NCBI GenBank assembly: GCA_963845065.1
Contig: CAWJQQ010000009.1
Coordinates: forward strand, 864,001-928,000
Reading direction: 5' to 3'
Origin: Nitrospirota bacterium
GTDB taxonomy: Bacteria; Nitrospirota; UBA9217
Length of the DNA stretch: 64,000 nt
The notes under the pieces: model-generated
Told to the model about the DNA's origin: nothing
What the model saw: only the letters and a program-made list of their open reading frames with translations
The model's database searches: none
Translations under genes and position numbers: made by a program
In this document: in pieces, positions 39,629-49,473 of the stretch
Position numbering within the stretch: position 1 is the stretch's first letter
How the letters are laid out: each line of letters starts with the position of its first letter

Positions 39629-39696
39629 GATTCCTCCTAAACCCTTATATTGATTATCATATCGGTTTATCGATGATTAAACTTTAACTTGCAATT

Positions 39697-39723
39697 CCCC
39701 GCAGCTTGTTGCGTGTAGATTCA
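39697..39723 (+). repeat. Degenerate solo right end related to MITE family A
   Basis: ccccgcagcttgttgcgtgtagaTTCA. Confidence 0.5.
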
Positions 39724-40109
39724 TTGAATTTTTTGAGCTTGACGTTCTTTACAACACATTAATGTAGGCTACATTCTTCAGAATTTACTTATAAAATACA
39801 CATGCAACGACATTGACACAGACTTTAATCCGGCATATATTGTTTATAACTAGGGTAATAATGCGTCATATCCCTCGCCAAGCTAGATAACATTTGATTC
39901 ATGATATTATCTGCAGGGGCTGCTCAATTGATGGTTAGGAGACACTAAAATTCGTGCAGCGCTTCGTATCCGCACCGTCGAAGAATGATTTTAAGATGGT
40001 TCATTCCAGATTCACCAATACTGTCGGCGCAGGATGTAGCTGCAGTGAAGGCTATCTGTGGACTTTTCCATTCATTGAACTCAAGCACTAAACTGAAACG
40101 AGCAATCAG

Positions 40110-40229
40110 ATGAATCGAAGATCAAGTGAAGATCGAAGAAAATTCGTCGACCCAAACTACAAGGGGCCAGAGCGGAGAAGTGGCACAGATAGAAGATTGG
40201 GCAGAGATCGCCGAAAAAATAAATGGTGA
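40110..40229 (+). CDS. 39-aa Arg-rich (D/E)RR-repeat peptide
   Basis: MNRRSSEDRRKFVDPNYKGPERRSGTDRRLGRDRRKNKW; weak RBS. Confidence 0.6.
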   Translation: MNRRSSEDRRKFVDPNYKGPERRSGTDRRLGRDRRKNKW

Positions 40230-40300
40230 TCGGATGAGTAATTTGTACGCATCTTCGTTATCTATACAAGATCAGAAGCGATTGCAATTGGAGACATAGA

Positions 40301-41023
40301 ATGCGGGATAAGAGACGACATAAGAGATTCAAATTGGATTTAATCGATTTGACCAGCAAAATGAGTTTAATTGGTGAAGTAAAAATAATTGACATAAGTT
40401 TGGGCGGAGTTGCAATAAAGGCATACAGAAAACTTAACATGGGGAAAGAGTGCTTAATGGTTCTGGGATACGAAGGGAAGCAAATTAATGTTAAGGGGAT
40501 AGTCGTTCGTTCCGAATTAAGTGGAATTGAGGAAAGAGTTGATGGAGAGAGAGCCACCATTTATTCAGCAGGTATATTGTTTAAAGATGAATCAGTAGGC
40601 AAGGTTAAAGATTTTCTTGAGTCAATTGAAAATAACAAGAAAACACAAGTTATAGAGCAATATGGCTGGTTCGATCGTGACGTCCGGTTTTCCATCACAA
40701 CGCCAAGCGAAAAAGTCCTAAATCTGGCAACGCATTTCGGCGTAAAAGAAATCAGCCAGAATGGCATAATTATACAGACCGATCATCAATTAAAGATTGA
40801 TAGCATGGTCCTAATGGAGCTCTCACTTAACTCCTGTGATCCTGTAGGTTTTATGGGGAAAATTGTTTCGTGTCGCATGACCCAGGATAAATTTCACTCA
40901 AATTACGATATAGGTGTGGAATTTTCAGAATTGACTGACCTGGGCATGTCATTGCTTATAAGTTTCATAGGCTGTGTTAAGGCTAATAAGAATTCTATGA
41001 AAAGACCCGAAAATAAGAAATAA
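40301..41023 (+). CDS. Tandem PilZ-domain protein
   Basis: KRRHKR...DISLGG in domain 1; RDVR...EISQNG in domain 2. Confidence 0.85.
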   Translation: MRDKRRHKRFKLDLIDLTSKMSLIGEVKIIDISLGGVAIKAYRKLNMGKECLMVLGYEGKQINVKGIVVRSELSGIEERVDGERATIYSAGILFKDESVGKVKDFLESIENNKKTQVIEQYGWFDRDVRFSITTPSEKVLNLATHFGVKEISQNGIIIQTDHQLKIDSMVLMELSLNSCDPVGFMGKIVSCRMTQDKFHSNYDIGVEFSELTDLGMSLLISFIGCVKANKNSMKRPENKK

Positions 41024-41420
41024 CAATTTATATTTTAATCATAATGATTAATCTGCCGCCGATCATTGACGTGATGAAACCTCCTGTAACACAATGCCAA
41101 GCAACATGAGGCCAGTAGTGCATATTCAGAACAATCGATTGGCGTTTGCTGATTACGACCCACGCTCTTGATGGTATCGAAAAGCAGATAGGTAGGGGGA
41201 AGAGTAACCTGGATGGAGTCTTTCAACTTCACCTCAAGCCTCTTTCCTTTTCCTTGGCTTTTTCCAAAGCGCTGGCCTGCTATCCAATTAGATTGATCTT
41301 GCATTGAGCAGTTCAGGATTTAAGTCGTTTTTATTTGAAGGCTTTTAGCGCAAGATTGTGACACATCCAGATGCTCCTAGAGCTACTGGATTTGATCGAT
41401 AATGTAGATGGGGAGGAATT

Positions 41421-41804
41421 ATGAAATTGAAGGGGATTGCTTGGCCATGGAATAAATCCGAAATTGAAAAAGAACGACTATCAACAACTAATGCAAATTA
41501 TGAAACTGTAGCAAATCAGATAATTTCTGCAACTTCCGCAGGATATAGATCCACGTACAAAACCCCTCGAACAATAGCACGCGCTGTTTCCATTATTGGA
41601 TGGATCGTTGTCATATTAAGTGTGTACGGCCTATTTCATCTTGGACTTACTATGATGAGTTTGTATTTGATCATAGGTGGATTTGTCAGCGGGCTTATCT
41701 TGGTTATTGCGGGTCAATTTACACGTGCATTAATTGATACCGCTGATAATACTAGCCAAATACTCGCATTAATGAAAAATAAAAATGAAAGAGCTGTTCA
41801 GTAG
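41421..41804 (+). CDS. Hypothetical two-TM membrane protein
   Basis: SD GGAGG; two hydrophobic helices. Confidence 0.65.
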   Translation: MKLKGIAWPWNKSEIEKERLSTTNANYETVANQIISATSAGYRSTYKTPRTIARAVSIIGWIVVILSVYGLFHLGLTMMSLYLIIGGFVSGLILVIAGQFTRALIDTADNTSQILALMKNKNERAVQ

Positions 41805-42338
41805 CTTTACAGCAATAATTCTGATTGCCTAGGTTTCGCTACGGGTAATCGTAAACATTTGATCTACTCATAGTATGTCACTCAGGAGATGTGAGGGCAG
41901 ATATGGGTAGTTGTCGACTCGATGATTTCCCTATTGATAGCTACTTTCACATTAAATCGTGATGTTGCTTTCCTTGATCCCTGCGATCTTCACGAGATAC
42001 TATTTTGCCAGAACCGCATCCTCTCCGTGTACTCCACGTCGGGGATCAAGCGTTCTTGGTTTTCGTTTTTCGCTTATACTTCCCTTGCACTTGGATTGCT
42101 TATGCCGGTCATTGCTGCATCGATTTAGATATACTTGATCTCATCTTTGAGTACTGGTTCAAAGTGTGCGCGTGACCCGTGTTTCCCGGCACCAGCGGGA
42201 TCGTCCATTTGGCTAAATACGCTGCTTAGGTGACGTTGAGTGATTTGATTAAATGAGGTTATCATAATAAATCAATCCAACGTTTCAGTTAGTCTGTTTC
42301 GTTTTTTTTCTTGAGGGTGAAACTAAAACTAAGCCAAA

Positions 42339-43190
42339 ATGCTGATAGACAATCTCGGAAGACATCACTCTTTGCAGACATTCGCGAATCTAACTTATTT
42401 TTCTGAGTGGAGACGTGTGGCATTATCCTTCTGCATTTCGTTCATTCTTTTTTGTGCCGTAGGTCTGACGTGCGGTTGGTATTGTTCGAATCTGACTATA
42501 TCACAGCCGAATCTCCTATTTATTCGGAATTCTATAAGAAGGCTTGAGAGAATTCTTGGTTTCGGCTTGATAATGATACTCGTTATTGTGCCCACATTCG
42601 GTAATCGAACGGCACTTTACGCCGGAGAGCCGGTTATCTTGCCGCAGCCTAAAAGTTCCATCACTTGTCCAAAGCAGGAGTCCTCTCCCCCCCTGCCTAT
42701 CTATCACATCCCGCTGCGTGCCCACCTTAATGAGAGCGCGAGGTCCACTGCTGCTTTTACAGAAATATTAGAAGAGATCAATTATATCTGGTGGTCTCAG
42801 GCCGGCATTTGCTTCGAGATGCAGGTCGTGATGAATGATGATGTGAAGTCACAAGGATTCGATATCTGGTTCGTGCCCCGGATAGACGATAGCGACAGCA
42901 TAAATGGCGTCTACAGCGGTGGGCACTCGATTTACGTGAGGGATACGCCGATCCTTAGAGCAGCGCCAAGGTCTGCACAACACCCAACTGCCCGAACAGC
43001 TGCACACGAACTCGGCCATGCTCTGGGCCTTCCTCACAGACAGGACTCCGATGACAATCTTATGCGGTCCAAAACATTTGGTTGGCAGTTGAACAGGGAA
43101 GAGATCGCTATCGCTCGGAAGGCCGCTGCTAGCCGAGCCATCATGAACAATGTCGAGCCCTTCTGCGGCTCGATTCAGGTCAAACCCTGA
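42339..43190 (+). CDS. Metzincin/matrixin-like zinc metalloprotease
   Basis: HELGHALGLPH and Met-turn NLM; true start is probably downstream. Confidence 0.8.
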   Translation: MLIDNLGRHHSLQTFANLTYFSEWRRVALSFCISFILFCAVGLTCGWYCSNLTISQPNLLFIRNSIRRLERILGFGLIMILVIVPTFGNRTALYAGEPVILPQPKSSITCPKQESSPPLPIYHIPLRAHLNESARSTAAFTEILEEINYIWWSQAGICFEMQVVMNDDVKSQGFDIWFVPRIDDSDSINGVYSGGHSIYVRDTPILRAAPRSAQHPTARTAAHELGHALGLPHRQDSDDNLMRSKTFGWQLNREEIAIARKAAASRAIMNNVEPFCGSIQVKP

Positions 43191-43590
43191 TGAAATCATA
43201 TTATGAGATTTTTTTAGGTAGTGCAATCCGAAACACGAATGACTATTCTTGATACCGCATTCTCCTCATCAGTAATTCATTTAATTATTCAGGTACACTT
43301 TTTTAACCGATCGATCACAGACTGCGTCGAGCTTTATGTTTCTACATCTGATCCACCAAGAGTGTCCCAGGGATTCTCCTACTTTCAAATAATCGTATAA
43401 TTCTCTCGTTTCGCCTTTCCTGTATAAATGTTTCTTACGCTTCACTAACAGCCATATCAAGACAAATTCTACTGGTTTCCCGATAATTATAAATAGCCGT
43501 AACTATCGTTATATGATCTGGCCTGATAGATTCTTTATATACTGGAAGAAAACGAAAAATAGTATCGATCGTAAAAAGGAGGAGGACCGT

Positions 43591-43713
43591 ATGAAGTTGG
43601 TTGGGATTTCAATATTATTTATTGTCTTATGGCTGGTCGTATGCATGCCTGAACTTAACAGTGTTTCGCAGTCTACGAAAGAGGGATTTAAGATTTACAT
43701 TCAGTTTTGGTAG
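43591..43713 (+). CDS. 40-aa hydrophobic small protein
   Basis: Strong SD AAGGAGGAGG; signal/TM-like N-terminus. Confidence 0.5.
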   Translation: MKLVGISILFIVLWLVVCMPELNSVSQSTKEGFKIYIQFW

Positions 43714-44228
43714 GGCGAATGAGGTCAGGTAATAAATCCACCTTAGCGGTCAAATTCTCGTTAGGTGTGTATAGCCCTTCACGTGCTAGGCGGAAACCGA
43801 GATTGCTACGAACTGTTTTATATCAGACTTAAAAAAGGGAACCCGTATGGTCCCGATGCTATAACTTTTGCTCGTACACTAAACATCATGGTGATATAAT
43901 ATAACCAGATATAAAAAAGAATATACAATAAAAAAACCGGAATAGAGTATGGTCTGTGAAAGGTGATATCAAGTATCTATATCTATGCATTATTAATAAT
44001 TATATAAATGTCACTAATAGTGACTTTAAAAAGGAGTTTAGTTTTACACATTGTACGGATATGTAAGCTTGCAGTTGACGAGCAAGAGCTAAATTTATCA
44101 TCCTAAGATATTATATCGGAAAATATTTAACTTTTTATTACCAGCGTTGTCTAGTCATATAGTAAAAGTATTAAAGAGTGAAGGCTATATTCCCAGGACA
44201 ATAACAACGGAGGAAGGGGGAGTTGAAC

Positions 44229-44573
44229 ATGAAAAGGATAATTTATCTCTTTATATTTATTATTGTACTCCTCCTTGTAGGCGTGTTGCCGGTGTATGCG
44301 CATGGAGGCGGCTTTGTGAGGGGTAGTATTTGGATCGGCCCAGTATGGCCATGGTGGGGGTGGGGCGCACCTGCCTATCCTTATTACTACGCGGAGCCGC
44401 CCGTTATGCAGCAACAAGCTCCAATATATGAACAACAGGCTCCGATAGAGGAACAACAGAGTTACTGGTATTTCTGTCCGGAATCCAAGGCTTATTACCC
44501 AGATGTGAAACAATGTCCCGGCGGCTGGGTGAAGGTTGTTCCAACTCCAGGTCCACCAAAGGGTAGGGAGTGA
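44229..44573 (+). CDS. Secreted Pro/Tyr-rich protein
   Basis: Signal peptide; YWYFCPESKAYYPDVKQCPGGW. Confidence 0.8.
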   Translation: MKRIIYLFIFIIVLLLVGVLPVYAHGGGFVRGSIWIGPVWPWWGWGAPAYPYYYAEPPVMQQQAPIYEQQAPIEEQQSYWYFCPESKAYYPDVKQCPGGWVKVVPTPGPPKGRE

Positions 44574-44580
44574 AGACATC

Positions 44581-45138
44581 ATGAGGACATACAATAGAAG
44601 CATCTTGGTATCTTTCGCTCTGCTAGTACTGGGAGGATGTGCGACCATCCCGACTGGTCCCAGCATAATGGTTTTGCCGCCTCCGGGCAAGCCATTTGAT
44701 ATGTTCCAGGCGGAGGACAGTATGTGCAGGCAATGGGCACGACAGCAAATCGGGCTCACTCCACAGGAGACGGCTAATCAAAATACAGCAGCAGGGGCCG
44801 CGGTCGGCACCGCTATAGGAGCAGGTCTCGGAGCGGCTATTGGGGCTGCTTCAGGCCAGGCAGGCGCAGGTGCGGTGATTGGCGCTGCTAGCGGGCTTCT
44901 CATCGGCACGGCCTCAGGTGCAAACTCGGGAGAGTTTTATGGAGAGGAGGCTCAGCGTCGGTATGATATTGCATATGAACAGTGCATGTATGCAAATGGG
45001 AATATCGTTCCAGGAGTGAGATATTATCGCGTTCAGAAGATTCCTCCACCACCACCCCCGCCAAACATGAATTCCGCACCGCCCGATTTGTCACAGCCTC
45101 ATCTCGCACCGCCGACACCTACTCCTCCAGCACAATAG
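44581..45138 (+). CDS. Glycine-zipper lipoprotein
   Basis: Lipobox LGGC, Gly zipper, QRRYDIAYEQCMYANG, Pro-rich tail. Confidence 0.85.
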   Translation: MRTYNRSILVSFALLVLGGCATIPTGPSIMVLPPPGKPFDMFQAEDSMCRQWARQQIGLTPQETANQNTAAGAAVGTAIGAGLGAAIGAASGQAGAGAVIGAASGLLIGTASGANSGEFYGEEAQRRYDIAYEQCMYANGNIVPGVRYYRVQKIPPPPPPPNMNSAPPDLSQPHLAPPTPTPPAQ

Positions 45139-45479
45139 TTAAGGTTGAGAAGCGGCCAGGCAAAAATACTTGTAAGGTTATCGTTTCCTCTACATACTGA
45201 AGCCATTTGGGAGAATCTCATTTGGGGTTTGCTTCTCGACGGGGTAAAGAGGAGTGAAGAGTTCACTTCGTAGTTTCAAAATGCGGACGTAGGTAAGATG
45301 CAGTGTCAGCTAGAATTTATACTGTAACAGCACTTCTAAATTCCTTTATCGCGCTGGCAGAAGAAGTCAACTGCACAGCAATCTATCCCCTGGTTAAAGC
45401 CAGGTTTTTCTTGCTGCTAAGGCGTCCGTAGAATTGGGCTGGCAATATAGGCCTCATTTCTGAAGGTCGCCCTTATTAC

Positions 45480-46226
45480 CAAACTATCCGCAGAAAGCCC
45501 CTGGTTTTAACCATGGGGATGAATGCGGGAACTTTGTTTTTCAGCAATTGCTGGACAAATGTACATCTATATGGTATAGTTGAGCAATCAATGCCAGATA
45601 AACTTAAAACTCCAACATTTATCCACGAGTTTCAACTCGTAACAACCCCAAAAGACAATCGAATGCTTACGAGAAACTGTCGTACAGAGCATTCCAGAAA
45701 CTCTATGGTAAAAGTATTTCACGACGCGCTCCGGGGATGTTTATTTCGATGCTTCGCCGTAAAGCCGAAAACGCTGGCGGTAAAGTAACTGAATTTTCTA
45801 CCCGGAGCACGAAGCTTTCAGAGACATGCCACTGCGGGGAAGTAGCCAAAAAACCGCTATCCCAACGGTGGCATGACTGTAACTGCGGGGTAAACACTCA
45901 ACGCGATCTCTACTCCGCATATCTTGCAAAATATGTTTTTGAAAATGTCCTCGACACGCGTCAAGCCGCAGCAGCTTGGCCGGGTGCAAACCTGCTCCTG
46001 GAACGGGCGGTGTTGAGGGTGCAGCATGAAGCGGCAAATGGCCGGATTCATCCGGCCAGCTTCGGTATTAACAACATGAGAGCCAACACCACGAACCGGA
46101 GACAGAGTTGCTTGCCCGTTAAAAACGGATCAACGATAGTCGATGCCGGCAACGTCTGTATTGTTGCCGAAAAGCCTGTCGGTATTGCAGTTAGAACCCC
46201 CTGTCTTTAGACATGGGGTAGGTCAG
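45480..46226 (+). mobile_element. Internal-deletion derivative of the TnpB element family at 52268
   Basis: TTAC target, same end hairpins, about 934 bp of tnpB missing, ends TCAG. Confidence 0.92.
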
Positions 46227-47818
46227 GAGGAATAGTGAAAAAGATTTTCGTTTGGTTTTGTGCCTGTGATAATATGCTCAGCATTCCACCAGCCTCCGCC
46301 GAGAGCTACAAATAGGGCGGCTGTATCCTGATAACGCTGGGCTAGAGCCTGGAGATACCCGATCTTTGCCTGATGGTACTGGCCATCTGCAAGAAGAACC
46401 TGAACATAGTTGGCTGTGCCAGCCTGGTAGTTCGCTTGAACTAACCGAAGCGTTTCTTCCGTCGTATTGAGAGCATGAGACTGTGCACGTACCAACTCAG
46501 CGTCATGTTCCAGCGCACGCAGAGTATCGGCAACTTGGGCAAAAGCGCTGAGAACGACCTGCCGGTAATTTGCCAATGAAAGCTGATAGGCATCAAGTTC
46601 GGCTTGGCGTCCGAACCACAACGTTCCACCGCGGAATAGGGGGGCATCAATGTTTGCACCCAAGTTCCAGAAATTGCTGTTACTTTTGAAGAGGTTACCG
46701 GTTTTATTACTTGCGACACCGTAGGATCCGTTCAACGTAAAGCTGGGGAATAATGCCGCAGTGGCCACGCCAATTTCGGCGCTTGCACTATGGAGCTGTG
46801 CCTCAGCAGCAAGAATGTCGGGACGTTGGCGAACGAATTGCGAGGGTAGTGTTATCGGCAGATCGCCGGGCAGCGTCAGATCCGCCAATTCTACCTGTTG
46901 CGGAACCCACTCTGCAGGTGTACGTCCCACCAGCGTTGCAAGTAAGTGCTCGGTCTGGCTTATGTTCTGCCGGAGTGGCGGAAGCGTAGCTTCATATAAG
47001 GCAAGCTGACTCTCGAGGCTAAGTACGTTCGAGTACGGAACCGTTCCCGCTTTTGCCAGTACTTCGGTAAGCTTGATTTGTTCCCGTTGTAGATCGATCA
47101 GTTGCTCTGTGGCCTTGATCTGTTCTTGATAACCAGCCTTCGCTATCATGGCGTTAACAACATTGCCAGATAGGGTTATGTATGTTGCCATGACCTCAGC
47201 ATGTTGAAAATCCACTTGGGCGCCGAGACTTTCCAAGGCACGGCGTTCTCCGCCGAAAATATCGAGGGTATAGCTGACCGTAGCAGAAAGGGTGAACAGA
47301 TTAAAGATGCTGCTGGGGGTAATTCCTCCCTCAGCGGCAGAAGAGGTTTTTTGCCGAGACGCTCCCAAGCCGGCTTCCAATTGGGGATAAAATATACCAT
47401 AGCCTGCGCGAAGGTTATTTTGGCTTTGGCGCAGACCAGCCTGCGCTGCCAGCAAGTTCTGATTATTAGCGATGGCCTCTTTTACGACTGCGTCGAGCTT
47501 GGGAGAGTTAAAAAGCCGCCACCAATCCGAAACGATCTTGGCACCCTGTTCAAAGTTCTGCGCCTTGCCGTCCGCAGGTATAGTCTCGGTTGTCATTGTC
47601 CCAGTGGTGTAGCTCTCGATTGATGGAGGTTTGGGACGCTCAAAATTCGGCCCCACGGCGCAGCTGAGTATGCAGCATAGCAATACGGCGCATAGCCCCT
47701 TAAGTGCAGCCATCACCGAACTCTTGATATTGGCCTTCTTCGGTGTTTTCGGGCAGTTTGTCAGTCTCTGTCGATACAACGGCATTGATCTTCCCCGGAA
47801 AATATTTTTTGCGTTCAT
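46223..47818 (-). CDS. TolC/NodT-type outer membrane efflux lipoprotein
   Basis: CAVGPNF, WWRLF, RPDILAAE, LFVALGGGW; true start may be downstream. Confidence 0.93.
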   Translation of the reverse strand: MNAKNIFRGRSMPLYRQRLTNCPKTPKKANIKSSVMAALKGLCAVLLCCILSCAVGPNFERPKPPSIESYTTGTMTTETIPADGKAQNFEQGAKIVSDWWRLFNSPKLDAVVKEAIANNQNLLAAQAGLRQSQNNLRAGYGIFYPQLEAGLGASRQKTSSAAEGGITPSSIFNLFTLSATVSYTLDIFGGERRALESLGAQVDFQHAEVMATYITLSGNVVNAMIAKAGYQEQIKATEQLIDLQREQIKLTEVLAKAGTVPYSNVLSLESQLALYEATLPPLRQNISQTEHLLATLVGRTPAEWVPQQVELADLTLPGDLPITLPSQFVRQRPDILAAEAQLHSASAEIGVATAALFPSFTLNGSYGVASNKTGNLFKSNSNFWNLGANIDAPLFRGGTLWFGRQAELDAYQLSLANYRQVVLSAFAQVADTLRALEHDAELVRAQSHALNTTEETLRLVQANYQAGTANYVQVLLADGQYHQAKIGYLQALAQRYQDTAALFVALGGGWWNAEHIITGTKPNENLFHYSS

Positions 47819-48774
47819 TGCTGCGTGCCGGTACTTGTTGTCTCATTTTTTTCTGCAACATAAACATCCACCAGTTCACCTGGATAAACATTGACATCTT
47901 TTGGCTTCTTAAATCTGAATATCACCGGCAATACTCTTACATCCACCGTTTCAAGCTTTTCATCCGATAATTCAATTTTAGGTGTTACATAAGGCTGTAT
48001 CCGCACGTATTCAAGAGGAATGCTGATATTCGTGCCTCGAATAAACATTAGCGCGTGCATTTGTGACGCTTCAGGCAGTCTGGATATGAGTATCTCGTCG
48101 ATGTAACATCTGACACCGATATAGGTTTGTGAACTTCCTATGACAAGGATGGGGTCAAATCCCTGCGTATAGGAATCATACGTGCCTTGCGCGGATATGT
48201 AACTGCCGACTGTAGCATTGATCGCTAGAATAGCGCCATCAACGGGTGCCTTTACTGTGTACTTATACAGCAGCGCTTGGGCGAGTTCGTACTGTTTCTG
48301 CGCTAGATCGATATTTGCTTTTGCCACTTTGACCGCGTTGACCGCGTTATCCAGGTCGTTTTTAGCCACAGATCTCGGGTCCAGTTCATATGACTTACTT
48401 AGTTTGTCCAGTTGGTCCTGAACGTTTTTGAGATTTGCGAGCGCAAGCTCTATCTGTGATTTCTGCTGCTCAACAGTTGCCCGCTGGACGGAATCCTCGA
48501 TATGGAACAAGGGAGAACCTTTTTTTATGATTGCTCCCTCGGAAACCAGGAATTGTATGATAACTCCCGGAACCTCTGGATATATATTAATGTTTTCGCC
48601 GGTTCCTTGATAGCTTTCAACCATGCCGTTGGCATATATGCCTTTTGCATAGGGATTGGAAGCCGGATTGAACGCCGGAGGCAGGGACTTTTGCTCTATA
48701 CCGAATATGTAGGCACTCCCGATGCCGATCAGCAGGCCGACGACCGCAGCGATGAATATCACCTTATTCCTCAC
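47815..48774 (-). CDS. HlyD/DevB-type membrane fusion protein
   Basis: N-terminal TM, lipoyl halves, VKAPVDG, VDVRVLPV. Confidence 0.9.
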   Translation of the reverse strand: MRNKVIFIAAVVGLLIGIGSAYIFGIEQKSLPPAFNPASNPYAKGIYANGMVESYQGTGENINIYPEVPGVIIQFLVSEGAIIKKGSPLFHIEDSVQRATVEQQKSQIELALANLKNVQDQLDKLSKSYELDPRSVAKNDLDNAVNAVKVAKANIDLAQKQYELAQALLYKYTVKAPVDGAILAINATVGSYISAQGTYDSYTQGFDPILVIGSSQTYIGVRCYIDEILISRLPEASQMHALMFIRGTNISIPLEYVRIQPYVTPKIELSDEKLETVDVRVLPVIFRFKKPKDVNVYPGELVDVYVAEKNETTSTGTQQ

Positions 48775-49468
48775 GTTGTTCTCCTTTTACAATGCCGGTG
48801 ATTCTGCCATCCTCCATTTTCATGATCCTGTCGGCGTATTCAAATATCCTGCTGTCGTGGGTAACGATAATGATACATCGGTTCTCGTTCAGGATATTTT
48901 TTTTGACGAAATCCAGGATTTTCCTGCCGGTGTCACCGTCCAGCGATGCGGTCGGCTCGTCGAATATCAGGATATCGGGGCCGCTCGCGATCGCTCTTGC
49001 AATCGCTACCCGTTGCTGCTCCCCGCCACTTAATTTGACCGGCGGGAGATCTGCGCGGTTTTTTATCCCCACGATGTCCAGATACTCTATGGCTTTGTCC
49101 ATGGATTCATTCCAGTCACGCCTTTTCAGGATAAGGGGGATCGCCACGTTTTCAGCCGTTGTAAGCCGCGGAAAGAGGTGGTAATCCTGAAATACGAATC
49201 CAACCTTGTTCAACCTGAAATCTGCGATTTGATCACCGGTCATGTTCCAGATATCCTTGTCCTCGACCAGTACCGACCCAGAATTCGGCCTGAGAATTCC
49301 TGAGATCAGGCTCAACAGGGTTGTCTTACCGCTCCCTGAGGGGCCCTCGATGTAAAACATTTCCCCAAAGTTGGCTTCAAAACTTACACCTTTGACAGCA
49401 ACCGTTTTCGTTTCTCCTTCGCCGAACCATTTTACCAGTTCCTGGGCTTTTACCGCCAGATTGGCCAT
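48764..49468 (-). CDS. ABC exporter ATP-binding protein (LolD/DevA-like)
   Basis: GPSGSGKT, LSGGEQQR, DEPT, VTHD. Confidence 0.93.
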   Translation of the reverse strand: MANLAVKAQELVKWFGEGETKTVAVKGVSFEANFGEMFYIEGPSGSGKTTLLSLISGILRPNSGSVLVEDKDIWNMTGDQIADFRLNKVGFVFQDYHLFPRLTTAENVAIPLILKRRDWNESMDKAIEYLDIVGIKNRADLPPVKLSGGEQQRVAIARAIASGPDILIFDEPTASLDGDTGRKILDFVKKNILNENRCIIIVTHDSRIFEYADRIMKMEDGRITGIVKGEQREE

Positions 49469-49473
49469 ATTAT

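Noticed and set aside
39850..40100. Possible c-di-GMP riboswitch upstream of the PilZ cluster
   Set aside because: No GEMM-type conserved motifs or convincing helices found
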